NCBI GenBank assembly: GCA_965215365.1
Contig: CBDCDS010000003.1
Location: 128,001 to 192,000, forward strand
Direction of reading: 5' to 3'
Length of the DNA stretch: 64,000 bases
From: Gammaproteobacteria bacterium
Lineage (GTDB): Bacteria > Pseudomonadota > Gammaproteobacteria > Eutrophobiales > Eutrophobiaceae
Of the stretch, positions 29,306 to 40,275 are shown in pieces (the stretch's first letter is position 1; the number at the start of each line of letters is the position of its first letter). Made by a program: the position numbers and the translations under genes. The notes beneath the pieces are model-generated. The model ran no database searches and was not told where the DNA came from. It saw only the letters and a list, made by a program, of their open reading frames with translations.

Positions 29306-30159
29306 GCCAGGTGCGGGGAGCGCCGGAAGCTTGGCCGGCGCCGGCGAAGATCAATCATTTCCTGCACGTTACCGGGCGCCGGGATGACGGCTACCACCTG
29401 TTGCAGACGGTGTTCCAGTTCTTGCAGCTGGCCGATGAATTGCAGTTCAATATCACCGACGACGGCCGCATCACGCGTGCCGGCAATTACCGGCAGGTGC
29501 AGGAGCAGGACGACCTGGTAGTGCGGGCCGCGCAACGCTTGCAGGCGCTCACCGGCAGCACCAGGGGCGCGGCAATCCGCGTCGATAAAAAGATCCCCAT
29601 CGGCGGCGGGCTGGGTGGCGGCAGTTCCGATGCGGCCACCACCCTGGTGGCCCTGAACTGCCTGTGGGGCACCGGTTTGACCACAGACCAACTCGCCGAA
29701 GCGGGGCTTGCTCTGGGCGCGGATGTCCCGGTATTCGTGCGCGGGTTCGCCGCCTGGGGAGAAGAGGTGGGGGAGCAACTGCAACCCGTGCAACTGCCGG
29801 AGCACTGGAATTTGTTGATCTACCCCAATGTTGCGGTGGCTACCGCACAGATCTTCAACGCGCCGGCGCTTGAACGTGCAACGCCCAGGGTCACGCCCGA
29901 CGACTTCCGGCAGGGCCGGTGCGGCAATGACTGCGAACCGGTAGTGCGGCACATCTATCCTGAAGTCGCGGCGGCGCTGGATTGGCTCAACGCCCGGGCC
30001 AAAGCCCGCTTGTCCGGCACCGGGGCAACCGTGTTCGCAACGTTTCCGCAACGGCATCAGGCTGTGAGGCTGCTGCAGGAGCTGCCGGCCAGGTGGCAGG
30101 GCTTTGTGGCCAGAGGATGCAACCGCTCGCCGCTCAGGGACAGACTGGCCCAGGCATAA
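29302..30159 (+). CDS. ispE: 4-diphosphocytidyl-2C-methyl-D-erythritol kinase
   Basis: PAPAKIN...GRRDDGYHLLQT; PIGGGLGGGSSDAA; LSGTG. Confidence 0.96.
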   Translation: MSQVRGAPEAWPAPAKINHFLHVTGRRDDGYHLLQTVFQFLQLADELQFNITDDGRITRAGNYRQVQEQDDLVVRAAQRLQALTGSTRGAAIRVDKKIPIGGGLGGGSSDAATTLVALNCLWGTGLTTDQLAEAGLALGADVPVFVRGFAAWGEEVGEQLQPVQLPEHWNLLIYPNVAVATAQIFNAPALERATPRVTPDDFRQGRCGNDCEPVVRHIYPEVAAALDWLNARAKARLSGTGATVFATFPQRHQAVRLLQELPARWQGFVARGCNRSPLRDRLAQA

Positions 30160-30265
30160 CGGGCCAGCCGGCGCAAAAATGCCTGTCGGCCTGAATTGAC
30201 CCGGCAAATATGCTATGCTGACCGCACTTTTTGTCGGAGTGTCTGCCCGTGTCTGAAATTTACCC

Positions 30266-30910
30266 ATGACTGCCTTGCGCAAATACATTATTGCCGGTTT
30301 GCTGGTGTGGTTGCCACTACTCATCACCGTAGCCATCATCAAGTTTGTCGTTGACCTGCTCGATGGCACTGTGTTGCTGTTGCCGCCGGAGTACCGGCCG
30401 GAAGCGTTGTTGGGTTTCAGCATTCCGGGCTTTGGCATTGTGCTGGCTTTCGTGATTCTCGTTGTGACCGGCATGTTTGCCGCCAACCTGCTGGGCCGGC
30501 GTCTGGTGCAGCTTTGGGAGTCCTTGCTGGGGCGCATCCCGCTGGTGCGCAACATCTACCACAGCGTGAAACAGATCGCCACCACCCTGCTGGCCACCCA
30601 GAGCAAGTCATTTCGCAAGGTGGTGCTGGTGGAATACCCGCGTAAGGACAGCTGGTGTATCGGCTTTTTGGTGAATGAACAGGTTGATACAGAAGCAAGC
30701 ATCACCGACCGCAAGCTCCAGTCCATTTACCTGCCGACTACGCCCAACCCCACCTCCGGTTTCAACCTGTTGCTGCCGGAGGAAGAAATCACGGAACTGG
30801 ACATGTCCGTGGAAGACGGATTCAAGTTCATCATCTCCATGGGCGTGATTGTACCGGACGGGAAGATCAGGCAGTTATCTCAGTCCGTACAAGGCGCGCC
30901 CCCCCTTTGA
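30266..30910 (+). CDS. DUF502 membrane protein
   Basis: [32 protein letters not shown]. Confidence 0.92.
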   Translation: MTALRKYIIAGLLVWLPLLITVAIIKFVVDLLDGTVLLLPPEYRPEALLGFSIPGFGIVLAFVILVVTGMFAANLLGRRLVQLWESLLGRIPLVRNIYHSVKQIATTLLATQSKSFRKVVLVEYPRKDSWCIGFLVNEQVDTEASITDRKLQSIYLPTTPNPTSGFNLLLPEEEITELDMSVEDGFKFIISMGVIVPDGKIRQLSQSVQGAPPL

Positions 30911-30950
30911 TCTCTCCACTTCCTGTGGTCAGCAACGGATAAAGTCACTC

Positions 30951-32711
30951 ATGCGCAGTCATTATTGCGGACAGTTGCGCGCCGACATGGTCGGTGAGGA
31001 AGTCGCCTTATGCGGTTGGGTGCACCGGCGCCGCGACCACGGCGGGGTGATCTTCATTGACCTGCGCGACCGCGAGGGGCTGGCGCAGGTGGTCTATGAC
31101 CCCGACCACGCCGAGCCTTTTGCCGTGGCCGAGACGCTCAGAAACGAATACGTGGTGCGCGTGACCGGGCGCGTGCGCCGGCGCCCGGACGGTACGCTCA
31201 ACCGGAACCTGCCGACCGGCGCGGTAGAAGTGCTGGGTCACACGCTGGAGGTGCTGAACCCGGCGCAGACCCCCCCGTTCCAACTGGACGACGAGAACGT
31301 CAACGATGATATTCGCCTGCGCTACCGCTATGTGGATCTGCGCCGGGAGGCCATGCAGGACAACCTCAAACTGCGCAGCCGGGTGACCCGCGCGCTGCGC
31401 GCCTACCTGGACGACAAGGGTTTTCTCGATATCGAGACTCCGGTGCTGACCCGGGCCACCCCGGAGGGCGCGCGCGATTATCTGGTGCCGAGCCGCACCC
31501 AGCGCGGCGCTTTCTTCGCCTTGCCGCAGTCGCCGCAGCTGTTCAAGCAGCTGCTGATGATGTCAGGGCTGGAACGCTACTACCAGATCGTGCGCTGCTT
31601 CCGCGACGAAGACTTGCGCGCCGACCGGCAACCGGAATTCACCCAGCTCGACATGGAACTGTCGTTCGTGACCGAAGATGACATCACCGCCTTGACGGAA
31701 GACATGATGCGCACCCTGTTCAGGCAGGTGCAAGGCATCGAACTGGCAGATCCCTTTCCGCGCCTGAGCTATCGGGAAGCCATGCAGCGCTACGGCAGCG
31801 ACCGGCCGGACCTGCGTAACCCGCTGCAACTGGTGGAGGTGGGCGACCTGATGCAACAGGTGGAGTTCAAGGTGTTTTCCGGCCCGGCCAACCAGGCCAA
31901 CGGGCGCGTGGCTGCGTTGCGCCTGCCCGGCGGCGCCGCGCTGACCCGTAAGGCCCTCGACGACTACACCGCTTATGTCGGCAAATACGGCGCCAAGGGG
32001 CTGGCCTACATCAAGGTCAACGACCTGCAGCAAGGCGGCGCCGGGTTGCAGTCGCCGATCCTGAAATTCCTGCCCGCAGCCACGGTGCAGGCGCTGCTGC
32101 AACGCGTACAGGCAGAAAGTGGCGACCTGGTATTTTTCGGCGCCGACAAGGCGCGCATCGTCAATGACTCGCTGGCGGCATTGCGGGTGCGGCTGGGCGA
32201 GGACCTGGGCCTGCTGCAAGGCGACTGGGCGCCGCTATGGGTGGTGGATTTTCCGCTGTTCGAGTACAACGAACCGGAGCGGCGCTGGGATTCACTGCAT
32301 CACCCGTTTACCGCGCCCCAGCAAACGCCGGGGGACACCGATCTGCATGACAGTCTGGCGCGCGCCTATGACCTGGTGCTGAACGGCATGGAACTGGGTG
32401 GCGGCTCCATGCGTATCCATGATCCGGCCCTGCAGCTGCAAGCGCTGGAGCTACTGGGCATCGACGAGCAACAGGCCCGGGACAAGTTCGGGTTCCTGCT
32501 CGACGCTCTGTCCTACGGCTGCCCGCCACACGGTGGCATCGCCCTGGGGCTGGACCGCATCGTCATGATTATGGCCGGCGCGCGCGGCATCCGCGACGTG
32601 ATTGCCTTTCCCAAGACCCAGACCGCCGGTTGTCTGCTTACCGCCGCCCCCGCGCCCGCCTCGTCCGCACAGCTGCGCGAGCTGGGCCTGCGGCCAGTCG
32701 GCGCATCGTGA
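30951..32711 (+). CDS. aspS: Aspartate--tRNA ligase (probably non-discriminating Asp/Asn)
   Basis: [53 protein letters not shown]; ATG 30951. Confidence 0.97.
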   Translation: MRSHYCGQLRADMVGEEVALCGWVHRRRDHGGVIFIDLRDREGLAQVVYDPDHAEPFAVAETLRNEYVVRVTGRVRRRPDGTLNRNLPTGAVEVLGHTLEVLNPAQTPPFQLDDENVNDDIRLRYRYVDLRREAMQDNLKLRSRVTRALRAYLDDKGFLDIETPVLTRATPEGARDYLVPSRTQRGAFFALPQSPQLFKQLLMMSGLERYYQIVRCFRDEDLRADRQPEFTQLDMELSFVTEDDITALTEDMMRTLFRQVQGIELADPFPRLSYREAMQRYGSDRPDLRNPLQLVEVGDLMQQVEFKVFSGPANQANGRVAALRLPGGAALTRKALDDYTAYVGKYGAKGLAYIKVNDLQQGGAGLQSPILKFLPAATVQALLQRVQAESGDLVFFGADKARIVNDSLAALRVRLGEDLGLLQGDWAPLWVVDFPLFEYNEPERRWDSLHHPFTAPQQTPGDTDLHDSLARAYDLVLNGMELGGGSMRIHDPALQLQALELLGIDEQQARDKFGFLLDALSYGCPPHGGIALGLDRIVMIMAGARGIRDVIAFPKTQTAGCLLTAAPAPASSAQLRELGLRPVGAS

Positions 32712-32742
32712 AGCGCCGAACGGGGGTTGGGAATACGCAAGC

Positions 32743-35700
32743 ATGTTGAGATCATCTTTGCTCTTGTGCCTGCCGGTTGTCATTGTTGCTGTTTTGTCTG
32801 GCGCACCGGCAATGGCCGAGACCAGTAATGAACAACAGGAGGCGACAGCTGATGAAGCGTCGGCGCCGGCTGATGACGCTGGCGCGCACCAGGACTCTGA
32901 GCAAGCCGCAACGACAGCGACCGCCGCTGATGCGCACACAGCCGCCAAGGCGGCGCGACCATCCGTGCCGGTGCATCACGAAGAAATCATCGTTACCGGC
33001 TCGCGCATCCGCCGCGACACATTTTCCACGGCGCTGCCGCTGACGGTCATCACCCGGGAAGGCGCGGCGTTGGCGGGGTTGTCCGATACCGCCGAGATGC
33101 TGCAATCCAGCGCCCTGGCTTCCGGCGCGCAAATCGACAACTCGTTCGGCGGTCTGGTGGTGTCCGGCGGTCCCGGCGTGAACAGCTTCGGGTTGCGCAG
33201 TCTCGACCCGGGCCGCACCTTGATCCTGGTCAACGGCCGACGCTTTACCCCGGCCGGCACGCGCGGTCAGGTCAACAACATTGACCTCAACTCCATCCCG
33301 GATGTAGCCATCGATCGCATTGAAATCCTCAAGGACGGCGCCTCCTCGATCTACGGCGCCGATGCCATTGCCGGGGTGGTGAACATCATCACTCGCAAGC
33401 GTTTCGATGAGTTCGTGGTCGAAGGCTACTATCAGGACGAGCTGGATTACGGCAGCGTGAGCGGACTGTTCGGCAAGACCTGGGACCGGGGTTTCATCGA
33501 CGCCGCGCTGGAGTTTTCCAGCTTGGGGCCGGTGGGACGGGACCAACAGGACTACAGCTACTGTGATGAACGGCCGTTGACTGACGGCGGCGTACACCCT
33601 TCGGTGTATGCACCCACTCGCAACGCCCGTTGTTTCGGCGAGCTCAATGGCTTCGTGGATGTGCACGGCGTGGGCGCGCCCTTCTCCCTGGTACGCGACC
33701 CCAATGCCAACCTAGGCGGCACCGGCCTACCCTGGCGCAGGTTGGGCGAGTTGGATGGCGCCCGGGTTGCCGAGGAAGGCTACCGCTATGACCTGAACTG
33801 GGCCGCAGAGCAGATGATACCCAGGCGCCGGCGTATCCAGGCGTACAGCGACGGCCTCATGGACTTCGACCTGGGCAAGTTGTTGGGGACGGTGAGCGCC
33901 AGCTATGAATTCTATTTCACCCACCGCGACGAAACCCTCAATAACGGGCACCGCCAGTTCTTCCCCTTTGTCCATCCCGACAACCCCACTAATCCGTTCG
34001 GGCCGTTCGGCGGCACCGCCCAGCCGGTGGTAATGAGCCACAACATGTTGAATCCGGTCCGGGAAGTGCGCAATGACGTTGCTGCGCTGCGGCTGGCGCT
34101 GGAAGGCGACTCAGGTGAGCTGTCCTGGGTGGTTGACGGTAGCTATTCCTGGAGCCGTGGCGAGTGGCGCTACGATACCTGGCTCAAGGACAAGGTGGCG
34201 CGCGCTCTGTCTGCCGCAATCGGGCCGGACGGGGACCTGGAATGCGTGCTGGACCCGCAGCAGTTGTTGTGGGCTGCCGGTTTTGAACAATTCACGGTGG
34301 ACCGGGTCCTGGCCGAGGGGCCTGATCCCGATTGTGTGCCGTTGGATCTGATCCGAGAGGAGGCGCTGCGCGACGGCAATGTCTCTCCCGCGGCGGCGGC
34401 TTACCTCAGCGAAGAAGTGGCAGTGAAGACCGGCTACGACCTCTGGACCGCAGGGGTTGCGTTGGAAGGGCGGCTGTTTGACCTGCCGGCCGGTGAGGCG
34501 CGCGCAGTGCTGGGGATGGACTGGCGCAGCCGCAGCCTCAACGACCGCCCGCCCGCCGCGTCGATAGAAGACAACCAGTGGGGTTTCACCGCCGCCGGCA
34601 TCACCCGCGGCGGCGACCGCATTATCGAGGGCTATACGGAAGTGGAAGCGCCGTTGCTCTCCGGCTTCAAGCTGGGCCGGTTCAGTCTGGCTGAGGAGCT
34701 TACGGTAAATGGCTCGTTTCGCTATACCCATTACAGTTCCTATGGCAGCGATACCACCTGGCGCCTGTTACTCAATTACGCGCCGAACCCGGTGCTGCGC
34801 CTGCGCACTGCGTTGGGCACCTCGTTTCGGGCGCCGGCGCTATACCACTTGAATCTGGCCCGGCAGACGGATTTCGTCACCTCCGACGCCGACCCCTGTG
34901 ACCGCTTCCGTGACCCGGAGCAAGACCTGGACCCGGGCAGCAATATCTACCAGAACTGCGCCATGCTCGAAGAGCAGGGCCTGATTCCGCCGGGCTACAC
35001 CTCCAACTCCAGCATCCGGGTAGTGCGCGGCGGGAATGCCGACCTGCAGGCAGAGACCTCGGATTCCTGGACTTTGGGATTCGTATTGACGCCGGACCTG
35101 GCCGGACGCTTCCCGGCGCTGGGCCTGAACCTCAGTCTGGCCCTTGACTACTACGATATCAAGCTGGAAAATTCCATCTCCAGGCTCAGTGCCGGTTCGA
35201 TCCTGTCGCGCTGTTACAATTCGCAGAATTTCAGCGCTGAAGAGTGCCTGCTGGTGGGCGCCCGTAACCGTAATGGCGAGCTGATTGGGGTCAATTCCTC
35301 GTTTATCAACATCGCAGTGGAGCGCTCGCGCGGCTATGACATCACCGTGCGCGCCGATCGCGAATTCCCCTTCGGCGACCTGAGTGTGGATATCCTGGCC
35401 GCGCGCCTGCTGGCCTACCAGTATGGCTTGGGCGATGACAAACCCACCAATTACGCCGGGCGCCATGCTTATGCCAGCTGGCGCGGGGAGCTGGACGCAG
35501 TGTTCAGGTGGCGTGATTTTGCCTTTATCTGGACCACCGACTACGTCGGTGCCACGGACGAGGAGCCGGTGTATGCGTTACCCGATGATGATAGCGTTAC
35601 CAACCTGTTCAAGGCCGGCGACCGGTTCTACCATAACCTGTCGGTGCGTTATCGCGATCCAAACCGGCGCTTCCAGTTTATTGTGGGCGTGCGCAACGTG

Positions 35701-35850
35701 TTCGACGTGACTCCGCCGGTGGTGGGATGGAGCGGTTTCAGCCCGTCCACCGGCACGAATGTAGCCTACAACATCCCGCTGGGCGCCGGTTACAGCTTGT
35801 TCGATCGCCGGTTTTTCGCGTCGTTCAGTTATGATCTGTCTTCATTATGA
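32743..35850 (+). CDS. TonB-dependent receptor
   Basis: EEIIVTGSRIRR, RIEILKDGASSIYGADAIAGVVNIIT, SFRAP; start ATG 32743. Confidence 0.93.
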   Translation: MLRSSLLLCLPVVIVAVLSGAPAMAETSNEQQEATADEASAPADDAGAHQDSEQAATTATAADAHTAAKAARPSVPVHHEEIIVTGSRIRRDTFSTALPLTVITREGAALAGLSDTAEMLQSSALASGAQIDNSFGGLVVSGGPGVNSFGLRSLDPGRTLILVNGRRFTPAGTRGQVNNIDLNSIPDVAIDRIEILKDGASSIYGADAIAGVVNIITRKRFDEFVVEGYYQDELDYGSVSGLFGKTWDRGFIDAALEFSSLGPVGRDQQDYSYCDERPLTDGGVHPSVYAPTRNARCFGELNGFVDVHGVGAPFSLVRDPNANLGGTGLPWRRLGELDGARVAEEGYRYDLNWAAEQMIPRRRRIQAYSDGLMDFDLGKLLGTVSASYEFYFTHRDETLNNGHRQFFPFVHPDNPTNPFGPFGGTAQPVVMSHNMLNPVREVRNDVAALRLALEGDSGELSWVVDGSYSWSRGEWRYDTWLKDKVARALSAAIGPDGDLECVLDPQQLLWAAGFEQFTVDRVLAEGPDPDCVPLDLIREEALRDGNVSPAAAAYLSEEVAVKTGYDLWTAGVALEGRLFDLPAGEARAVLGMDWRSRSLNDRPPAASIEDNQWGFTAAGITRGGDRIIEGYTEVEAPLLSGFKLGRFSLAEELTVNGSFRYTHYSSYGSDTTWRLLLNYAPNPVLRLRTALGTSFRAPALYHLNLARQTDFVTSDADPCDRFRDPEQDLDPGSNIYQNCAMLEEQGLIPPGYTSNSSIRVVRGGNADLQAETSDSWTLGFVLTPDLAGRFPALGLNLSLALDYYDIKLENSISRLSAGSILSRCYNSQNFSAEECLLVGARNRNGELIGVNSSFINIAVERSRGYDITVRADREFPFGDLSVDILAARLLAYQYGLGDDKPTNYAGRHAYASWRGELDAVFRWRDFAFIWTTDYVGATDEEPVYALPDDDSVTNLFKAGDRFYHNLSVRYRDPNRRFQFIVGVRNVFDVTPPVVGWSGFSPSTGTNVAYNIPLGAGYSLFDRRFFASFSYDLSSL

Positions 35851-37889
35851 CAGTAGTTCCCGCTATCCTTGCCGCCGCCATTTTTTCGACCCTGTCACTG
35901 CAAGCGGGCGCCGACGCCGCGCCGGAGCCCCCCTCCCTGGAAGAATTTGCCATGCGCCCGCTGCTGCGCGATGTGGATCTGTCCCCGTCCGGCGAGCATC
36001 TGGCGGTCATGCGCTTGCCTGGCCGCGGGCAAAACTACGTGGTGGACGTGTATGAGACCGCGCGGCTGGAACGCGACCCCCATACCCTGGGCTCTGAGCA
36101 CATGGACATCGTTGGGGTCAACTGGGCCAACAATGAACGCCTGCTGATCCGCACGCGCCAGCCGGTGGAAGTACCGGGGCGCCGCGTCGGCTACAACTCC
36201 GCCGGCATCGGCGGCCCCGGCAAGGTCAAGACCTTCGCCTGGAAGTTACTGTCCGTGGGTCTGGACGGCGGGCGCTGGGTGGAGTTGCCGAGCAAGTCCA
36301 ACATCGCCCGCTTTGCCTTTGAGACCTACGTGCAGCGCCTGTTCAGCCCGCGGGTGGTGAGCCGCCTGCCGGCGGAGGATGACCAGGTGTTGATAGAGTG
36401 GTTCAACGCCGAAGAGAACGGCGCCGAGGTGTTCAAGGTGAACGTCAACAACGGCCAGCCGCAACCGGTGTTCAAGTATTCGGCGGATTACGGCGGCTAC
36501 GAGTTCGACCAAGACGGCAACGCCCGCGTGCGCGGCCGCATCAACCGCAACGACAACACCATCACTCTGCAATTCCGCACCGGCAGCGACGGCGCCTGGA
36601 GTGCCTGGAGCGACTGGCTCACCTGGGATGTGGACGAAGACCGCTATGTGGACTTCCTGGGATTTGAACCCCCGGATTATAACCGGGCTTATGTGCGCTG
36701 GGCCCGAGGCCGCGACACGGAAGGCATCTACCTGTTTGATATGGAACACCCCGAGGCCGAACCGGAGTTGCTGTTCGCCACCAACCGCTACGATGCCAGC
36801 GACATTGTGCGCGCCTGCATCTCGCCGGCCTGTGTGGACGGGGCTGAGCCGCCGCAACTGGTGGGTTTTTACTATGTGGGCGACGCCCCCACTATTCACT
36901 ACATTGACCCGGCTGCCGCGGCGCTGCAGCAATCCATCGACGCCGCGCTGCCACCCGGCAACTTCAACAAAATCCACGACCGGGCAGCGCAGGACAAGTA
37001 CATCATCGTGCACGCCATGGGGCCGCGCGAACCGGGGCGTTACTACCTGTTGGAAGACAAGTCCCGTATTCGCCTGCTTGGCCGCGCCGCAACGCTGGAG
37101 CCTGAACAGCTGGGCGAGCGCAAGGTGATCGGGTACGAAGCCCGCGACGGCATGAAGCTGAACGCGGTGCTGACGCTGCCCCCCCGCGGTGAACCGCCCT
37201 ATCCGGCCATCGCTCATCCGCACGGTGGCCCGCGCAGCCGCGATGCGCTGCACTGGAACTCGTCGTTCTGGGACGAGTGGCCACAGGTGCTGGCTACGCG
37301 CGGCTACGCCGTGCTGCAACCCAACTTTCGCGGCTCCACCGGCTTCGGCTTTGAGTATTACACCGCCGGCAACAAGCAGTGGGGTTACAAGATGCAGGAC
37401 GATGTCGATGACGGCATGAACTACCTGGTCGAGCAAGGCCTGGCCGACCCGCAACGCCTGGCTATCTTCGGCTGGAGTTACGGCGGTTACTCGGCCATGG
37501 TGGGCGCCATGCGCGAGCCCAACATCTACCGCTGCGCCATCGCCGGCGCCGGCGTCAGCAGCATGGAACTGATTGCCAAGGAAGAATGGAGTTACCGCTT
37601 TCGCGATGTCATCCAGAAATGGCGCGGCGGCCTCTCACCGATACAGCATATAGACGCCGTAAACATCCCCGTGCTGCTGGTACACGGCGACCGCGACCTG
37701 ATCGTGCCCATCAAACACAGTGACCTGTTCGCGCTGGAACTGGACCAGCGCAACAAACCCTACAAATACCTCAAACTGGTGGACGCCGCCCACCGGGTGG
37801 ACACCCTGAACTACCAACATAACCTGGATTTCTACCGCACCCTGCTGGGCTTCCTGGCCGAAGACTGCGGTATCGCCCCTGCCTTGTAA
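35847..37889 (+). CDS. Secreted S9 prolyl-oligopeptidase-family peptidase
   Basis: HGGP, NFRGSTG, GWSYGG nucleophile, HGDRD, terminal His. Confidence 0.92.
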   Translation: MTVVPAILAAAIFSTLSLQAGADAAPEPPSLEEFAMRPLLRDVDLSPSGEHLAVMRLPGRGQNYVVDVYETARLERDPHTLGSEHMDIVGVNWANNERLLIRTRQPVEVPGRRVGYNSAGIGGPGKVKTFAWKLLSVGLDGGRWVELPSKSNIARFAFETYVQRLFSPRVVSRLPAEDDQVLIEWFNAEENGAEVFKVNVNNGQPQPVFKYSADYGGYEFDQDGNARVRGRINRNDNTITLQFRTGSDGAWSAWSDWLTWDVDEDRYVDFLGFEPPDYNRAYVRWARGRDTEGIYLFDMEHPEAEPELLFATNRYDASDIVRACISPACVDGAEPPQLVGFYYVGDAPTIHYIDPAAAALQQSIDAALPPGNFNKIHDRAAQDKYIIVHAMGPREPGRYYLLEDKSRIRLLGRAATLEPEQLGERKVIGYEARDGMKLNAVLTLPPRGEPPYPAIAHPHGGPRSRDALHWNSSFWDEWPQVLATRGYAVLQPNFRGSTGFGFEYYTAGNKQWGYKMQDDVDDGMNYLVEQGLADPQRLAIFGWSYGGYSAMVGAMREPNIYRCAIAGAGVSSMELIAKEEWSYRFRDVIQKWRGGLSPIQHIDAVNIPVLLVHGDRDLIVPIKHSDLFALELDQRNKPYKYLKLVDAAHRVDTLNYQHNLDFYRTLLGFLAEDCGIAPAL

Positions 37890-37965
37890 CGACGGCAGGG
37901 TCAAGGTAACGGCGCGGCAGCAAGGGCCGCCAGTGACGTTGTTTACTTTGTCGATAGCGATGCTA

Positions 37966-39696
37966 TCAGCGGATTAGCAACCGTGTGTCACCAATCTGTA
38001 TGTTTTTCCATTCCGGTTCGACCACCCGGATATCGTCATTCTCCAGCGCCGCGATAAAGTTGTCCATATCGCCCTGGTCATCGGCATAAATATGACCGGT
38101 GACCTCCCATTGCCCGGCAGTTTCCTGGTAAACAGTGCCCGATATGTATCCATACTTAACTGTCACCAGCACAAAATTAACCACATTTTGCTTGAGCGGC
38201 AGCCGTAAAAGGTGGCAGCTGTTTGCCATACAGTGTTGCAGCTCGCTACGCAGCGCCGCAGACAACTTTTCGGGTGCCTGTAAGCCCTCCGGTATGAGTG
38301 AAATATAGTCCTGTACGGGCAGGTTTTGCAGCCATGTTTCAGCATTGCTCTGTGCAATCGCCGCGGCCAGCTCATCCGAGTGGGCAAGGGCCTCAACGCG
38401 CGCATCCTTGACCAATTCCGCCAGCGCCGTATTTCCAGGTTTACCCAGGCCACGCATCAGGTAGTCCAAATCAAACCTGTTGACTGAGGTTGTGCCGCTG
38501 AGCAGACGCTCAACCTGATTGTTGGCAACTATCTTTTGAATGAATAAAAACGGCGTATTGCTCAGCACCAGCACTGCGATGACCACGCCCAACATGCTGG
38601 TATTGATCCGGCCAAGATAGTTTGTCCAGCGTTCCCGCCGCAGCGCGATAGCAAGCGCATAACAAACTGCATAACCGCCTGCAATCAGGCCGGCGATAAC
38701 GCCCCAGACGCGCGCCGGTGTCAAACCGTACTGATCAATACGCAGCCACAGCGAATACCCGGCTAACAGCAGAAAAACCGGCAGCGCCAGCAGGGCCGTG
38801 CGAATCAGCAGTCGCCACGCCACTGTCTGGCTCTGGTCGCTGCCATATTGAACCGAAGCATTGGTAAAAAACAGCAGAAATGCAGCCAACCAGAGGAGAA
38901 TAAATGCTGAGATTTTCGTGTTCCAAAGCGGTTGCAGGCCGGTAAAGGGCAATACCATCAGGAAACAGAGACTGATAAATGCCAACATGGGCAGCAACCC
39001 GCCAATGGCAATATGCAATACCCGATACAATATTGTGACCATGGCAAGCCGCTGTCTGACCACTATGGCGCCGTAGGCAATCACCGCACCGGAGACAGGA
39101 AGAATGAACCAGGGCTCGCCCAGGGTCTTCCAGAACAGGTCAATTTCAACTGTCCTGAACAGCCATGCCCCCAGTAACAGCACAATCCAAAACAGGCCCA
39201 GATAGGCGCTGGTGAGCAACACCACAAAGAAGTTATGCCAAGAATATTTGAACAGCAACGGGTAGGCCGGCACGCCGTTGCGCTGCTCAAGCAGGGCGCG
39301 CACAACAATGGTTGACAGGCACCAGCAAAGCGCCTGGGTAAAGGCAAAGGGAGTCTCAATCCCGCGCCCGCAATTTCCGGGGGGAGCATTGCCGCATTGC
39401 CCTCCGGTATAGGCTGCAACCAGCGCCAGGACCAGGCCGTAACACCCTGTCAACAGCCACAAACGTGAATCCCGCAGGTCTTGCGCGACAGCTGTCAGCA
39501 TCCAGGGCAAGCCGGTGGCCAGTGACAAAAACACAAACTGCAGGGAATGAGGAGTGGTATCAGGGAGGCGCTCAAGCAGCAGGTAGAGTATGACTCCCTG
39601 CAGCAACCCGGTGGCTACCAGCAGGCGTCTTGTTAACGGATCGATATGATCCTGCCAGTTTTCCGTATCAGCGCGTTGCATTGATCTTGCGGTCAC
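37966..39696 (-). CDS. DUF4153-like inner membrane protein
   Basis: Multi-TM; YPLLF..SW.N, LRIDQYGLTPAR, NQVERL; start may be 39681. Confidence 0.75.
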   Translation of the reverse strand: MTARSMQRADTENWQDHIDPLTRRLLVATGLLQGVILYLLLERLPDTTPHSLQFVFLSLATGLPWMLTAVAQDLRDSRLWLLTGCYGLVLALVAAYTGGQCGNAPPGNCGRGIETPFAFTQALCWCLSTIVVRALLEQRNGVPAYPLLFKYSWHNFFVVLLTSAYLGLFWIVLLLGAWLFRTVEIDLFWKTLGEPWFILPVSGAVIAYGAIVVRQRLAMVTILYRVLHIAIGGLLPMLAFISLCFLMVLPFTGLQPLWNTKISAFILLWLAAFLLFFTNASVQYGSDQSQTVAWRLLIRTALLALPVFLLLAGYSLWLRIDQYGLTPARVWGVIAGLIAGGYAVCYALAIALRRERWTNYLGRINTSMLGVVIAVLVLSNTPFLFIQKIVANNQVERLLSGTTSVNRFDLDYLMRGLGKPGNTALAELVKDARVEALAHSDELAAAIAQSNAETWLQNLPVQDYISLIPEGLQAPEKLSAALRSELQHCMANSCHLLRLPLKQNVVNFVLVTVKYGYISGTVYQETAGQWEVTGHIYADDQGDMDNFIAALENDDIRVVEPEWKNIQIGDTRLLIR

Positions 39697-39705
39697 CTCA
39701 AAAAA

Positions 39706-40104
39706 TCAGCTTTGCTCCCACGGCAACCCGTGAAAGCGCCAGCCGTTCAGGTTGCCGCGCCGCCGTTGTTGGTCCAGGTCACCCTCAAAGCCTTCGGCAA
39801 TATTCACAGTATGCCGGTAGCCCTGCGCCTCCAGCAGTTGCGCCGCCAGCATGGAGCGCTTGCCACTGCGGCACAGCGTGAGGACGGTGGCATCCTTGCT
39901 GCCCTCGCCCAGTTGTGCGCTGACCTTGTCGGTAAAATCCGGGTCATTCTGCCATAACGGCGGCTCCTGTAACGGCACATTAACCGCGCCAACAGGATGG
40001 CCGATTAAATTAAACTCAAGCCCGCAGCGCACATCCAACAATATCGCATCCGAGTTTTCCCGCAGCATGTCCCAGGCTTGATCCGGGGTGACTTCTGTGA
40101 CCAT
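39706..40104 (-). CDS. Rhodanese-like sulfurtransferase
   Basis: LLDVR, GHP, CRSGKRS, EGFEGD, GWRFHGLPWEQ. Confidence 0.92.
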   Translation of the reverse strand: MVTEVTPDQAWDMLRENSDAILLDVRCGLEFNLIGHPVGAVNVPLQEPPLWQNDPDFTDKVSAQLGEGSKDATVLTLCRSGKRSMLAAQLLEAQGYRHTVNIAEGFEGDLDQQRRRGNLNGWRFHGLPWEQS

Positions 40105-40275
40105 GTGTTTGTTCTCCTTGGTTAGGTTTCAGGATTGATGGTGTCATGTTACCACAGCGTTGAAACAGGATGAGTAGTCACAGTGATGATCAACATCTGT
40201 TGTCGCTGAGCAAAATTCCCCTGACATGTTCGCTCATTTTGTACATAGTTTCTGAGGGCGGCGGGTTAGAGGCGC

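Noticed and set aside
39691-39699. GGTCACCTC as another scar half-site
   Set aside because: On the minus strand it reads GAGGTG just upstream of the DUF4153 start, which is adequately explained as a Shine-Dalgarno.
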